Shown here in pieces: positions 20,340-30,101 of a stretch of 47,900 bases of DNA (position 1 is the first letter of the stretch; each line of letters opens with the position of its first letter). The stretch covers positions 1 through 47,900 of the forward strand of contig JBHHVD010000009.1 of NCBI GenBank assembly GCA_046754105.1, written 5' to 3'. The notes under the pieces are model-generated. The model worked only from the letters and a program-made list of their open reading frames with translations, had not been told where the DNA came from and did no database searches. Source of the DNA: Candidatus Krumholzibacteriia bacterium (GTDB lineage Bacteria > Krumholzibacteriota > Krumholzibacteriia > WVZY01). The position numbers and the translations under genes were made by a program.

Positions 20340-22088
20340 ATGACGTTCCGCACCCGACTGCTGGTCACATTTCTCCTCGCCGTTCTGTTGCCGATGATCG
20401 TCCTCGTCCTTTTCATTCGCAATGAAATGACGGACCGCCTCGCCGCGCAATACGAGCGCCGCGTAGACGCGCTGATCGCGGTGATCGAGGAAGACCTCGC
20501 ACAGGAAAGTGAGGCGAGCGCCGCCTCGCTCGCGCTGCTGCGCAGGGTGGTTCTCGACGACAACCGGTTTCGGCGAGCCGCCGTGGATCGCGCCCCGGAA
20601 GAGCGGCGCTATCTTCTCGACTACGCGGCAAGTGCCATGCGGCTCACCGGGTTTTCGATGCTGCAGATCCAGGATGAAAAGGGCCGCATCATCAGTTCAG
20701 GGCATTTTCGAAATGAATACGATCGGATCGAGCCCGCCCTGCCCAGGCTGCTGGCTTCGACGCCGGCGGGGGCGGCGCTGGTCCGGGCGCGGGCCCCGGA
20801 TGCACCCTTCCTCGCCCTGGTACGCGTCGACTCGTTGCGGATGGGGAACAGGAAATTCACGATTGTTGCCGGCGTGAAAGTGGAGAAACGGTTCCTTGCG
20901 CGCCTGGCGCGGGGAGAGGAACTGGCCGTGACGCTGGCCTATCCGGGCGGTGTGCTGACGACCGCCGCGGATGGGGTGGGCGACCCCCACGCGTCGGGGA
21001 CCGGAGGGTCGCGCGGCGGCGACCTCAGCGGCGCCATCTTGCGGGAGTTGAGCGTACCGTTCATCGACGCGGAACTCGGGGGGGTGGCGGCCGCGACGTT
21101 TCGCGTCCGCCACGAGCTGGCCGGGCTGCGGGCGCTGCGCCACAGCATCGACCGGTGGTTTCTGCTCGCGGTGGCCTCTGCCGCGGTCCTCGCGGTCACG
21201 CTCGTCGGCTGGCTCGCGTCCCGGATCAGCCGTCCTCTCGTCGAACTCGCCGACAAGACTTCGCGCATCGACCTCGACCGGCTGGATATCGACTTCGGTA
21301 CGCGCCGCAAGGACGAAATAGGAATTCTCTCGCGGATCCTCGGTGCGATGACGGAGAGGCTGCGCGCGAGTGCCGGACTGGTAAAGGACGCGGAACGGCG
21401 CGCGACGCTGGGAGAAATGGCGCGGCAGGTTAACCATGACATAAAGAACGGGCTCACGCCGATCCGCAACATTTTTCGCCACCTCGTCCAGCTGGGCCGT
21501 GACGAACCGGCGCAATTGCCCCGGGTGCTCCGGGAGCGTCAGGACGTGCTCGACTCCAGCATCTCTTACCTGGAGAATCTTGCGACCAATTATGCCCGGC
21601 TGTCCCCACGCACCGAGCGCCGGCCGTGTGACGTGAACGAGATCATCCGCCGGATCGTCACCGATCTGGGCAGGCCGGAGCAGGCGACTCTGCATATGAA
21701 TCTCCAGGACGGGGTCGTCGTGCCCGGCGATCCCGTGTCGCTGCGCCGGGTGCTCGAAAACCTGGTGGATAACGCGATCGACAGCCTCGAATCACGGCCG
21801 GGAAATGTTACTATTTCGACGGCGCCCGTTCTCGGGGAAGCGGGCCGGCCGCGCGTCCAGATTACGGTGGCCGACACGGGCGCCGGTATGAGCGAGGAAC
21901 AAATGGCGAAAATCTTCGACGATTTTTATACGACAAAAGAAGAGGGCACCGGCCTGGGATTGTCGATTGTTCGAAGGCTCGTTATGGATATCGACGGCTC
22001 CATCGACGTAAAGAGCGTGGAAGGGGAGGGCAGTCGCGTCGTCATCGACCTGCCCGGTGAAGGGCCGGCCGAAAGAACGGTACCGTAG
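20340..22088 (+). CDS. HAMP-domain sensor histidine kinase (NtrY-like)
   Basis: Two TMs, HAMP, H-box MARQVNHDIKNGLTPI, NLVDNA, DTGAG, GTGLGL. Confidence 0.93.
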   Translation: MTFRTRLLVTFLLAVLLPMIVLVLFIRNEMTDRLAAQYERRVDALIAVIEEDLAQESEASAASLALLRRVVLDDNRFRRAAVDRAPEERRYLLDYAASAMRLTGFSMLQIQDEKGRIISSGHFRNEYDRIEPALPRLLASTPAGAALVRARAPDAPFLALVRVDSLRMGNRKFTIVAGVKVEKRFLARLARGEELAVTLAYPGGVLTTAADGVGDPHASGTGGSRGGDLSGAILRELSVPFIDAELGGVAAATFRVRHELAGLRALRHSIDRWFLLAVASAAVLAVTLVGWLASRISRPLVELADKTSRIDLDRLDIDFGTRRKDEIGILSRILGAMTERLRASAGLVKDAERRATLGEMARQVNHDIKNGLTPIRNIFRHLVQLGRDEPAQLPRVLRERQDVLDSSISYLENLATNYARLSPRTERRPCDVNEIIRRIVTDLGRPEQATLHMNLQDGVVVPGDPVSLRRVLENLVDNAIDSLESRPGNVTISTAPVLGEAGRPRVQITVADTGAGMSEEQMAKIFDDFYTTKEEGTGLGLSIVRRLVMDIDGSIDVKSVEGEGSRVVIDLPGEGPAERTVP

Positions 22089-22107
22089 TCCGGGGAGGAT
22101 ACTGCAG

Positions 22108-23463
22108 ATGCCGCTCGTACTGGTCGTAGACGATGTCCCCACGCTTGCGGAGCAATACGCCTACGACCTGAAACGGATCGGCGGTTACGAGACGATGGTC
22201 GTTACGGGCGGCAAGGACGCGCTCGAAGCGATCGCCGGTGAAGCCGTGGACTGCGTGATCCTGGATCTCGAAATGCCGGGTGTCGACGGGTTCGAGGTGC
22301 TGCGCAGCTTGAAAAAGCGGGGCCTACCGGTACCGGTCATCGTCTATACCGGCACGGGCAGCTACGACCGCTGCGTACAGGCGATCCGGCTCGGCGCCTA
22401 CAGCTTTATCGACAAGGCGGAATCGATGGAGCGAGTGGTCCACGAGGTACGAAACGCCCTCGAACGGGTGAGGCTGGAATTCGAGGTCGAGTCGCTGCGC
22501 CGGGACCTCGGCACGGAGACCCCGCTCGTCGGTTCCAGCCGGGCCATGGAAGACTTGAAGAAACAGATCGCGCGGGTGGCAAACATTCCCAGCCCCGTGC
22601 TGATTGTCGGGGAGAGCGGCACTGGTAAGGAACTCGTCGCGCGCGAGCTCCATCGGCTCCGATCCGATGCGAAAGCGCCTTTCGTTGCAATCAACAGCGC
22701 CGCGCTACCCGACAACCTGATCGAGAGCGAACTCTTCGGTCACGAACGGGGCGCGTTCACCGGCGCGAACCGCCTGCACAAGGGTGCGTTCGAAAACGCT
22801 TCGGGCGGCACGCTGTTTCTCGACGAGATCGGCGAGCTGCCTTCACCGGCCCAGGCCAAGCTGCTGCGCGTGCTCGAGGGCGGAGAGGTGACGCGCGTCG
22901 GGGGCGAGCGCAGCATTGCGGTAGACACGCGCGTGGTAGCGGCGACGAACCGCGACCTCGAAGCGGAGGCCGAGGGCGGGCGCTTCCGGCAGGATCTTTA
23001 TTACCGGCTCAACGTGCATCTCCTGCGCGTGCCGCCGCTGCGCGACCGCCGCTCCGACGTCCCGGAGCTCGCCGAGCACTTCCTCGGTACCATCTGTGCG
23101 CGCTTCCGCTTGCGCCGCAAAAGGATCGACTCCGCCGCGCTCGATATCTTGATGGGCTGGGAATGGCGGCGGAACAACGTTCGCGAGCTGCGCAACGTCA
23201 TCGAGCGCATGATCATGGCCACCGACGGCGGCGTGATCGGGGCCGGCGAGGTGCCCGCGGAGGTGCGGGGCGGGGCGGCTCCGGAGCGCGGCTCCAGGCC
23301 GGGAACGCTGCGGGAGATGAAAGCCGAGGCGGAGCGACGGATCGTCGTCGCAGCCCTCGAACGCCACGACTGGCACATCACCCGCACGGCCCGCGCCCTG
23401 GGACTCGCTGACCACGCCAGCCTGCTCAAGATCATGCGCCGCCACGAGCTGAAACGTTCCTGA
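22108..23463 (+). CDS. Sigma54-dependent response regulator (NtrC/NtrX family)
   Basis: REC (VVDD, LDLEMP); [31 protein letters not shown]-terminal HTH. Confidence 0.95.
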   Translation: MPLVLVVDDVPTLAEQYAYDLKRIGGYETMVVTGGKDALEAIAGEAVDCVILDLEMPGVDGFEVLRSLKKRGLPVPVIVYTGTGSYDRCVQAIRLGAYSFIDKAESMERVVHEVRNALERVRLEFEVESLRRDLGTETPLVGSSRAMEDLKKQIARVANIPSPVLIVGESGTGKELVARELHRLRSDAKAPFVAINSAALPDNLIESELFGHERGAFTGANRLHKGAFENASGGTLFLDEIGELPSPAQAKLLRVLEGGEVTRVGGERSIAVDTRVVAATNRDLEAEAEGGRFRQDLYYRLNVHLLRVPPLRDRRSDVPELAEHFLGTICARFRLRRKRIDSAALDILMGWEWRRNNVRELRNVIERMIMATDGGVIGAGEVPAEVRGGAAPERGSRPGTLREMKAEAERRIVVAALERHDWHITRTARALGLADHASLLKIMRRHELKRS

Positions 23464-23556
23464 CCCTGCCCGAGCCACCCGTGGAGGGACTAACCCCGCG
23501 CCGCCGCTGACCAACCCCCGGGCGGCACGGCGACCCGCGAGGCAGCGAGGCGCGAC

Positions 23557-23623
23557 GGGACCCACCGGACAACGTGTCCACTCGGACACATTCCACACAA
23601 ATAAACCGTGTCCATATGGACAC
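23557..23623. promoter_or_regulatory. Enhancer (UAS) palindromes GTGTCC-N4-GGACAC
   Basis: GTGTCCACTCGGACAC (23574-23589), GTGTCCATATGGACAC (23608-23623) and a degenerate GGGACCCACCGGACAA (23557-23572). Confidence 0.7.
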
Positions 23624-23718
23624 AAACTCGGGTTTCCGTCGCTAGATCCGTGATTTCATGGGTCTTTAACCTATTCTAAATTAGCTAGTTAGGCGATTGC
23701 ATCCCGGCCGTCTCCGGT

Positions 23719-23735
23719 TCGGTCCCCGGCTTGCC
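23719..23735 (+). promoter_or_regulatory. Sigma54 -24/-12 promoter of the TPR gene
   Basis: TCGGTCCCCGGCTTGCC (GG-N10-GC), preceded by an AT-rich IHF-like tract at about 23665-23690. Confidence 0.6.
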
Positions 23736-23803
23736 TTACAGGGTACCGAGAGTCGTTGAACGAACGGTGCCCGTGGGGCACGAACCAGACAGGAGGTACG
23801 ACC

Positions 23804-24907
23804 ATGTTGCAGAAGTTGAAAGCGTTCAGAGGAGTGATCCTCGGTATCGGCGGTATAGTGGTGCTCGTGTTGTCCATTACCGCACTCGGTTGCGGCAGCG
23901 ACAAGACGGCCGACGACGAGGGGATCATCGTCCGTAACCCGCAACAGCGCGTGCCGGTGTCCACGGTGACACCGCCGCGGTCAGTGGACAGCGTGACCGC
24001 ACCGATACTGGAGCCGGAAGCAGACGTTGCGTCCGCGCCGGAGCCGGCGAAGGAAGTCACGTATGAAGACGCCGAAGCCGCGTTTCACGAGGCTCGCTAC
24101 GATGCGGCCGTGGAATTGTTCACACGGTATACGGATCGCAAGGGCGAGAACCCGTGGGGCCATTACATGCTCGGTCTGTCGTCCTGGAAGGCGGGAGACC
24201 CGGTTGGTGCGGAACGGGCGTTCGGGCGCGCGCTCGAGCTCGACCCGCGTCACGTAAAGAGCTGGCTCAACGCCGGCCGCGTGCTGCTCGATCTCGGAAG
24301 CCCCCAGGACGCGCTGGCCAGGGTCGAGCGGGCGCTCGAGCTCGACCCCGAGTCGAATGCCGGCTATCGCCTCCAGGGCCGTGCCCTGCACGAGCTCGGC
24401 CAAACGGAAGAGGCGGTTGCCGCCTATCGCCGGGCGATTCAAATCGACCACGAGGACGCCTGGTCGATGAACAACCTGGGCCTCGTATTGATCCGCGACG
24501 AGCGCTTCGACGAGGCCCTGCCGGCGCTGGCGCGCGCCGTCGAGCTGCGCGGCGACGTCGCGAGCTTTTTCAACAACCTCGGTATGGCGCTCGAGCGCAC
24601 CGGGCATTTCCGCGCGGCCGAGGAAGCGTACCGGTCGGCCGTTACCATCGACGTGTCGTATGAGAAAGCCGCCGCCAACCTGGGACGTATCGAGGCCGTG
24701 CTCCAGGATCCCACACTGGAGCCGGTGGATCTCGGCGTCCTCGCCCGGAGCTTTGTCGATGAGATCGAGGGCTGGAGTGACACCGTGGTTGCCGTCGAAC
24801 CGACCGAGTCGGTGGAGCCGGACGCGGTCGTCATTCGCGAGAGGCCCGAGTCCGTCGAGACGGTGACGAGTGGGAGTGACTCGACCGGCGACGGGCTGGA
24901 ACGGTAA
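23804..24907 (+). CDS. TPR-repeat exported protein/lipoprotein
   Basis: RBS AGGAGG; signal ending ALGC; about 6 TPRs (ALELDP, NNLG.AL). Confidence 0.88.
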   Translation: MLQKLKAFRGVILGIGGIVVLVLSITALGCGSDKTADDEGIIVRNPQQRVPVSTVTPPRSVDSVTAPILEPEADVASAPEPAKEVTYEDAEAAFHEARYDAAVELFTRYTDRKGENPWGHYMLGLSSWKAGDPVGAERAFGRALELDPRHVKSWLNAGRVLLDLGSPQDALARVERALELDPESNAGYRLQGRALHELGQTEEAVAAYRRAIQIDHEDAWSMNNLGLVLIRDERFDEALPALARAVELRGDVASFFNNLGMALERTGHFRAAEEAYRSAVTIDVSYEKAAANLGRIEAVLQDPTLEPVDLGVLARSFVDEIEGWSDTVVAVEPTESVEPDAVVIRERPESVETVTSGSDSTGDGLER

Positions 24908-24935
24908 CCCGGGCGGATCGCGCACGTGGGCCAGG

Positions 24936-24970
24936 AATGCCCCGTCTCGCGCACGCGGGACGGGGCATTT
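24936..24970 (+). terminator. Hairpin/terminator after the TPR gene
   Basis: AATGCCCCGTCTCGCG-CA-CGCGGGACGGGGCATT followed by a short T run. Confidence 0.55.
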
Positions 24971-25267
24971 CAAAACCTCGTTTCAAAACCTCGTTAACCG
25001 TCGAGCACGTTCGAGGGTCGGATCACGGCAGGTTGCCGGCCGACGGCGCCTGTTTCACTTGAAACTCGGGCCGGTCTGTGGTAGTCTCCACTTGCTTCCG
25101 AAGAGGTCGTTTCCCTGGACGCTTCCACGCCTTAACACCCACAGCCCGTCCAATCGATGTATCGGCACAAACAAAACTGAGCTGCGGCGTCGCCGCGCGT
25201 CAGGCGACTTTGGCAGGTCGCGATGCGCATCGCTTGCGGTGCGCCGAGAAAGGGGGAGGATACCGTC

Positions 25268-25867
25268 ATGAGAGAGAAGAGTTTTCTCAACCCGCTGGTC
25301 GTTTTGTGTCTCATTTCTTTGTTTGTCGTGTTCATGGGGTGTAGCAGTGAGCCCGGGACTACCGAGACCGATACCGTAGTCGCGCCGGCCACGAACCCGC
25401 CTGTCATCATCACACAGGCCGGTGATGTGAACAACGGCGCGGCTGGAGAGCGTCGCGAGCTGACCAAGGCGGAACTGCACGCCAAGATTCGGAGCTTTGC
25501 CCCGAACGTGCAGTCCATGGACAAGGCGTCCCAGGTCGTCACTTGCGAAGTGCAGGATCCGAACGGAGTCTCCGTTTTCAACATCCCGCCGGCCAACTTT
25601 GGCTCGCAGTCGTACTGGCTGAGGTACAACTCCGGCGGCTCGGTGGCGACCCAAGTCACATTCGCCATCATACCCCTGTTCACGGGAAGCCCGCTGGGCA
25701 TTGCTCTTCAGCAGTTTACGTTTCCGCCGCCGGGTGACATCACCGACATCGTTACACCTTTCGGTGTGCCATTCTGGGGGAGCAACCTGACTTCCGGACC
25801 GTGGGCGCTGGTTGTGGCCAACGATCTGGGGGAATTCTCCGTGTGCGGGTTTGTGATCGGGCCGTAG
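25268..25867 (+). CDS. Hypothetical lipoprotein, beta-rich
   Basis: RBS GGGGAGG; lipobox VFMGC; no family recognised. Confidence 0.7.
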   Translation: MREKSFLNPLVVLCLISLFVVFMGCSSEPGTTETDTVVAPATNPPVIITQAGDVNNGAAGERRELTKAELHAKIRSFAPNVQSMDKASQVVTCEVQDPNGVSVFNIPPANFGSQSYWLRYNSGGSVATQVTFAIIPLFTGSPLGIALQQFTFPPPGDITDIVTPFGVPFWGSNLTSGPWALVVANDLGEFSVCGFVIGP

Positions 25868-25979
25868 CGACCGTGGTGACGGGTACCGAAGCGCCCTGAT
25901 TCCTCTAACGTGAAGCATGACGACGGAGCACCGGTGGTTCGCCATCGGTGCTTCGTGTTATAGGGTGTGTGGTTCGGTA

Positions 25980-26804
25980 CTAGAAGTCCGCGGCAATGTC
26001 GAGAAGCGCTTCGCGCTCGATATTTGAGACGAGCGCGTACGCCACACGACCTTCCTGCCACGCGACGACGTTGTAGCGGAACGACCCGCCGGTGTGGTAT
26101 TCACGCCTGCCACGCCGGACGGTTTTGCCGCCGGTGTTCGACAGGTTGGTGGCGGAGACTGCGAAGAGCGTTACCCCCTGGCCCTCCGGCCCACGGTAAT
26201 GGACCAGGGCGGAGAGCCGGGAGACGGTGTGCCACAGGCGGGCGCCTTCGACCTCGAGGCCGCTCGAGACGCGTTCGGGCACGTTCACCTCAAAGTCCAG
26301 CCGCGTGGAGAACCACCCCTCTATGTCCTCGGGGTTGCCGGAGACGAGTTCCAGCGTCTGCTTGTTCTTCGTATACAGGTACTCGTCGTGGCCCACGTCC
26401 TTGATGAAGCGCGCCATGTCGGCCGGGACCTCGCCCGCCGGCGAGAAGTAACCCAGCGTCCGCAGGTAGTTGTATCCAGAGACCATGACGAGCAACAACG
26501 CCACCGCCGCCCATGCGGGGCGGGGCTCGAAGAGCGCGCGCCAGGAGAACATCCCGCGGCCCGGCGGAGCGGCTCGGGGCACCGGTTCCCGGGCCAGGGC
26601 GTCGAGTACGCGATGTCTGAAATCCTCCCCCGCGTTCACCTTCCCCGCCGAGGCGGCCAGAGATTCGGAGGCGATCTTACGAAGCGTAAACAGCCTGAAA
26701 CATGAAGGGCACGAATCGATGTGGCCCTTCCACGCCGGGTCCATGTCACGAAGCTCGGCCGCTGACATTTCATTGATCTGGCTCGACACCTGGTCGCAGT
26801 TCAT
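25980..26804 (-). CDS. Zinc-binding (ZAS) transmembrane anti-sigma factor
   Basis: HIDSCPSC (HxxxCxxC), a single TM, and a periplasmic domain ending W.EGRVAYALVS; overlaps the sigma gene. Confidence 0.85.
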   Translation of the reverse strand: MNCDQVSSQINEMSAAELRDMDPAWKGHIDSCPSCFRLFTLRKIASESLAASAGKVNAGEDFRHRVLDALAREPVPRAAPPGRGMFSWRALFEPRPAWAAVALLLVMVSGYNYLRTLGYFSPAGEVPADMARFIKDVGHDEYLYTKNKQTLELVSGNPEDIEGWFSTRLDFEVNVPERVSSGLEVEGARLWHTVSRLSALVHYRGPEGQGVTLFAVSATNLSNTGGKTVRRGRREYHTGGSFRYNVVAWQEGRVAYALVSNIEREALLDIAADF

Positions 26805-27376
26805 GATGATTTTCTCCCGGTCAAGCCCAGGTCGCGGGCAAGACCGATCAGCCGCGCCTGCAGGTGACGCCTGCCGCGCGAGATCCGTGACCTCACCGTC
26901 CCGATAGGGACCCCAAGAACCTCTCCGATTTCGGCGTAGGGCAGTTCTTCGACGTCTGCCAGGTAGACGGCGAGGGCCGTGTCACCCGGCAGCTCGCAGA
27001 GCGCGCTCATGACCTCGTCGCGAAACGCGTCCCTCGGGACTTCTTTCAGCCGGGTGACGCACCGGTCCGCCTCCTCGGACGAATACTCGCCAAAAAGCGG
27101 GTTTGGCAACTCGTCCAGATCGATTCCCTCGATCCATCTCTTCGCCCGTTCCTTCTCCGTGAGAAACGTGTTGGTCAGAATACGGGCGATCCACGCACGA
27201 AAATTGGAGCCCGGTCGAAAGCTCGAAAACGAGCGGCAGGCTTTGAGCGAGGCCTCCTGCACCAGGTCCTGGGCATGGTCCCTGCTCCGCGTCAACTGCA
27301 TCGCCAGTCCCAGCAGGAAGTCGAGAACGGGGAGGAGAAGGGATTCGAACTGTTCTTTTGCCGGATTGCCGCTCAA
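26801..27376 (-). CDS. ECF RNA polymerase sigma factor (SigH/SigR-like)
   Basis: AQDLVQE, FRPGSNFRAWIARILTNTF, LADVEELPYAEIGEVLGVPIGTVRSRISRGR; TTG start uncertain. Confidence 0.92.
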   Translation of the reverse strand: MSGNPAKEQFESLLLPVLDFLLGLAMQLTRSRDHAQDLVQEASLKACRSFSSFRPGSNFRAWIARILTNTFLTEKERAKRWIEGIDLDELPNPLFGEYSSEEADRCVTRLKEVPRDAFRDEVMSALCELPGDTALAVYLADVEELPYAEIGEVLGVPIGTVRSRISRGRRHLQARLIGLARDLGLTGRKSS

Positions 27377-27646
27377 TGCGATCCCAAGGGGTTTCTGAAA
27401 CGTTGGCTAACGACCTCCAACAGGATACCCGTCCCGGCTCAATCCCGCAACCAGACTCTCCTCCCCGACCGGGAAGCGGCCAGCCATCCCCGTTCTCGGG
27501 ACCCGATGCAGTACGTGTTCCGAAAAAGAACTCCGGTGGGGACTTATAATGATGAAGCCACGTTGTCACTTTTCGTCCACCACCGGAGCAAGAAGCCGCG
27601 CACGATCATCCACACCCGCCCGGAATTATTTCGGTTATCGAGATTA

Positions 27647-27853
27647 TCAATTCATCGAGTACAAGCTCTTGACATTCCCCCACGTGAGTTCCTCGACGGG
27701 AAGCGAGGCCAGATAGATCTGTCCGTCCAAGGGCGCCGACGTCGCCAGGTTCTCCATGACCCATGTGTACTCGTTCGCGCCCGGATTCGACGTCAGCGGG
27801 AACAGGAGGACCTGAGCGAGCCCGGTCCGCCATTCGTGTCCCGTTGTGACCAT
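27647..27853 (-). pseudogene. Short ORF or remnant ending in the TWGxVKxLY C-terminal motif
   Basis: ...ASLPVEELTWGNVKSLYSMN*; no signal peptide; ECF-like GGAAC-N18-GGTT directly upstream (27880-27854). Confidence 0.5.
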
Positions 27854-27976
27854 AACCAGCGAGGGGTGGGGAAAAGTTCCCGGGGCTTGAAGAAAAATCC
27901 CGGAAGATCGCAAAAGACCGCGGGCCGTTTTCTGGCCGGATTGTGGTTCGTAGCGGCTGGGAAGGCGTGCGTTCCG

Positions 27977-28672
27977 TCAGCGGCGGCGGAGCTGCCACGG
28001 GAGGAGCAGGATCAGCATCAGGGCGACCCCGAGACCGGCCATCACCAGTACCCGCCACGGCCACGGGCCGAGGATATCGATCAGGGTAGGCTGGTTCGGG
28101 CGCATGTTGCCCACGAACCCGTAATTGTAGTCGAAGATGACATCGATCGGAAAGACGACGGCGAGGTAGAGCACGCTCCCCAGGACGGCAATGCGCCAAT
28201 CCGACCACGTCGGGCGAAACCCGCGCGCGACTACGAAATAAAGTGCCGAGCCCACGATCATGGTGTGGTAACTCCAAAAGAGCCAGAACTCGAAGCGGGC
28301 CGGGCCCTCGTGCAGCTCCGGTGTAATAATGGCCTGCAGGCTCAGCCCGATCCCCCAGAAATAGAGCAGCGTGATGAGAACACGCTTGCGATAGAACAGC
28401 GCCAGAGGCACGAGCAGCGCGGCGATGTCGCATAGATGTATCGGCAGCGTGTACGACACGTCGAACCGCCCCGGCAGCATCCAGTAGCCCTCGGCGACGA
28501 TCCAGACGAGCAGCGAGACGATCGCGAACCCGCGCTCCGCGCCGGCGAGATGCTCCGGTCCTCGGCGTTTCGCAAGCGTGATCAGCATGCCCCAAAACAG
28601 GGCGAAGAACGCCACGACCGCTACGTGGATGAGCGAGAACAATTGAAAACCGTGAGCGGCGTCTTCAGGCAA
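27977..28672 (-). CDS. TIGR02206/YwaF-like integral membrane protein
   Basis: LPIHLCD, QAIITP, YNYGF, LGPWPW motifs. Confidence 0.85.
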   Translation of the reverse strand: MPEDAAHGFQLFSLIHVAVVAFFALFWGMLITLAKRRGPEHLAGAERGFAIVSLLVWIVAEGYWMLPGRFDVSYTLPIHLCDIAALLVPLALFYRKRVLITLLYFWGIGLSLQAIITPELHEGPARFEFWLFWSYHTMIVGSALYFVVARGFRPTWSDWRIAVLGSVLYLAVVFPIDVIFDYNYGFVGNMRPNQPTLIDILGPWPWRVLVMAGLGVALMLILLLPWQLRRR

Positions 28673-28769
28673 AACGGACTATCCCTTCTGATCCGGCGCG
28701 GAGCATCGCCGCCACACGACCCGCCTGCAAGATCTGTCACCGAGGGCATGGTCGCCACGCTGCGCCCCG

Positions 28770-29798
28770 TCACGCCATGATCCGCTTGTACAGCCACGGG
28801 AGACTCACATCCATGCGATAATCGATCGATAAGTGGTGATCGTCGAATTCCTCGTAGTGATGCCGTATCTTGAATCCCTCGAGCCGCTCGTGCAGGATGC
28901 GCGCGCCGTAGTGGAGGTGCCATTGATCCTTCGTCCCGCAGTCCATGAAGATCCCCGCGAGCGACTTGAGCTGTTTGCGGGCGGACTCCGTACCGACCAT
29001 GTGAATCGGGTCGTTGCGCAACCAGCGCCGCCAGCGTTTTTCGTCCAGCTCGCCCGTGTAGAGGTCCATGGGCAGGCGAAAACCAAGCGGCGCCGAGGCG
29101 TCGGGGTCGTAGAAGGCCGCCATGGCAAGGAACATGATAGCGGCGGGGTCCTCCGATTCCATCTTTTTCCGGGAATAAAGGGCCTTCAGGTACCTGGCGG
29201 GATCGCGCTTGTGCCGGGCAAGCACGTTCAGCACCTTCGGGATATCGGGACGGTAGCACATGTCGAAGTACATGTCGCCGGAGTGACAGGCGATGGCGCC
29301 CCAGTGCGCGGCGTACTTCATCCCGTGGACGATCGCGCCGTACCCTCCGGATGACTTTCCGAAGACAGCCCGCCTTTTCGGGCGCGCGAAAGTCCGGTAG
29401 CGGCGGTCGATCTCGGGCAGGACCTCGTCCAGGAGATAATCGGCGTAGTTACCCACCGCCGGTGAGTTGATGTACTGGTTGCCGCCGAGGCGGGTCCAGC
29501 AATCCGGGAACACCGCAATCACCGGCCCCATCTTGCGCTGCCGCACCAGGCGTTCGAGGCGCAGTGGCACGTCTTCGGTGAAAGCCTTCCAGTTGAGGTG
29601 CGCCGGTCCGGAGCCTAGAAACCCTACGAGATCCACAAAGACCGGGAAGCGGCGCTCCGTCCTCCGCTCGTACTCCGGCGGCAGATAGACGGTTACGGTC
29701 CGCCGGTGGGGGTCACCCAGGGCGTTGTGCCGGAGGACCCGGGAATCGAAAAGAAACGTTTCGATGCGGCCCCTCACCAGGGGTCTCTTCTTGAGCAT
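28770..29798 (-). CDS. Alpha/beta-hydrolase esterase (Fes/enterochelin esterase-like)
   Basis: VYLPPEY, GKSSGG nucleophile elbow, DCGTKD, EEFDDHH. Confidence 0.88.
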   Translation of the reverse strand: MLKKRPLVRGRIETFLFDSRVLRHNALGDPHRRTVTVYLPPEYERRTERRFPVFVDLVGFLGSGPAHLNWKAFTEDVPLRLERLVRQRKMGPVIAVFPDCWTRLGGNQYINSPAVGNYADYLLDEVLPEIDRRYRTFARPKRRAVFGKSSGGYGAIVHGMKYAAHWGAIACHSGDMYFDMCYRPDIPKVLNVLARHKRDPARYLKALYSRKKMESEDPAAIMFLAMAAFYDPDASAPLGFRLPMDLYTGELDEKRWRRWLRNDPIHMVGTESARKQLKSLAGIFMDCGTKDQWHLHYGARILHERLEGFKIRHHYEEFDDHHLSIDYRMDVSLPWLYKRIMA

Positions 29799-30101
29799 GA
29801 TTCGGTTCCCCCTTCGCCGGAATCGCGTGGAACGAGTAATGCACGCAAATCATACTACGTGTACCCGGCCCGTCAACAAAAGCCAAAACTGCGACGTCGT
29901 GCCGCCAACTGCGGGCCGCTTCACAAGTGGCAGCGCGAACGGATCAGGCACCGGGCGGCCACCGCGGGCGGCACAACCCGTTCGGCATCTGCGGGAAAAA
30001 CGGCGAACATCCAGGCGCCAAAATGCGGTACAATGGAACCTGCGCCGGGCGTCGCGAGGTTCGATGCCGGAGGGGCGTGTAACTCATCCACAGGCAAGCT
30101 C

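Noticed and set aside
24968..24995. 13-bp tandem duplication TTTCAAAACCTCG x2
   Set aside because: Only two copies with no spacer, so not CRISPR; likely slippage.
27495..27525. GGAAC upstream of the ECF sigma as an autoregulatory promoter
   Set aside because: No convincing -10 (GTT/CGT) at the expected spacing.
29706..30101. 132-aa N-terminal extension of the heme sensor kinase in the ORF track
   Set aside because: It overlaps the divergent esterase start and is low-complexity. ATG 30102 precedes TM1 and follows a TACAAT -10.
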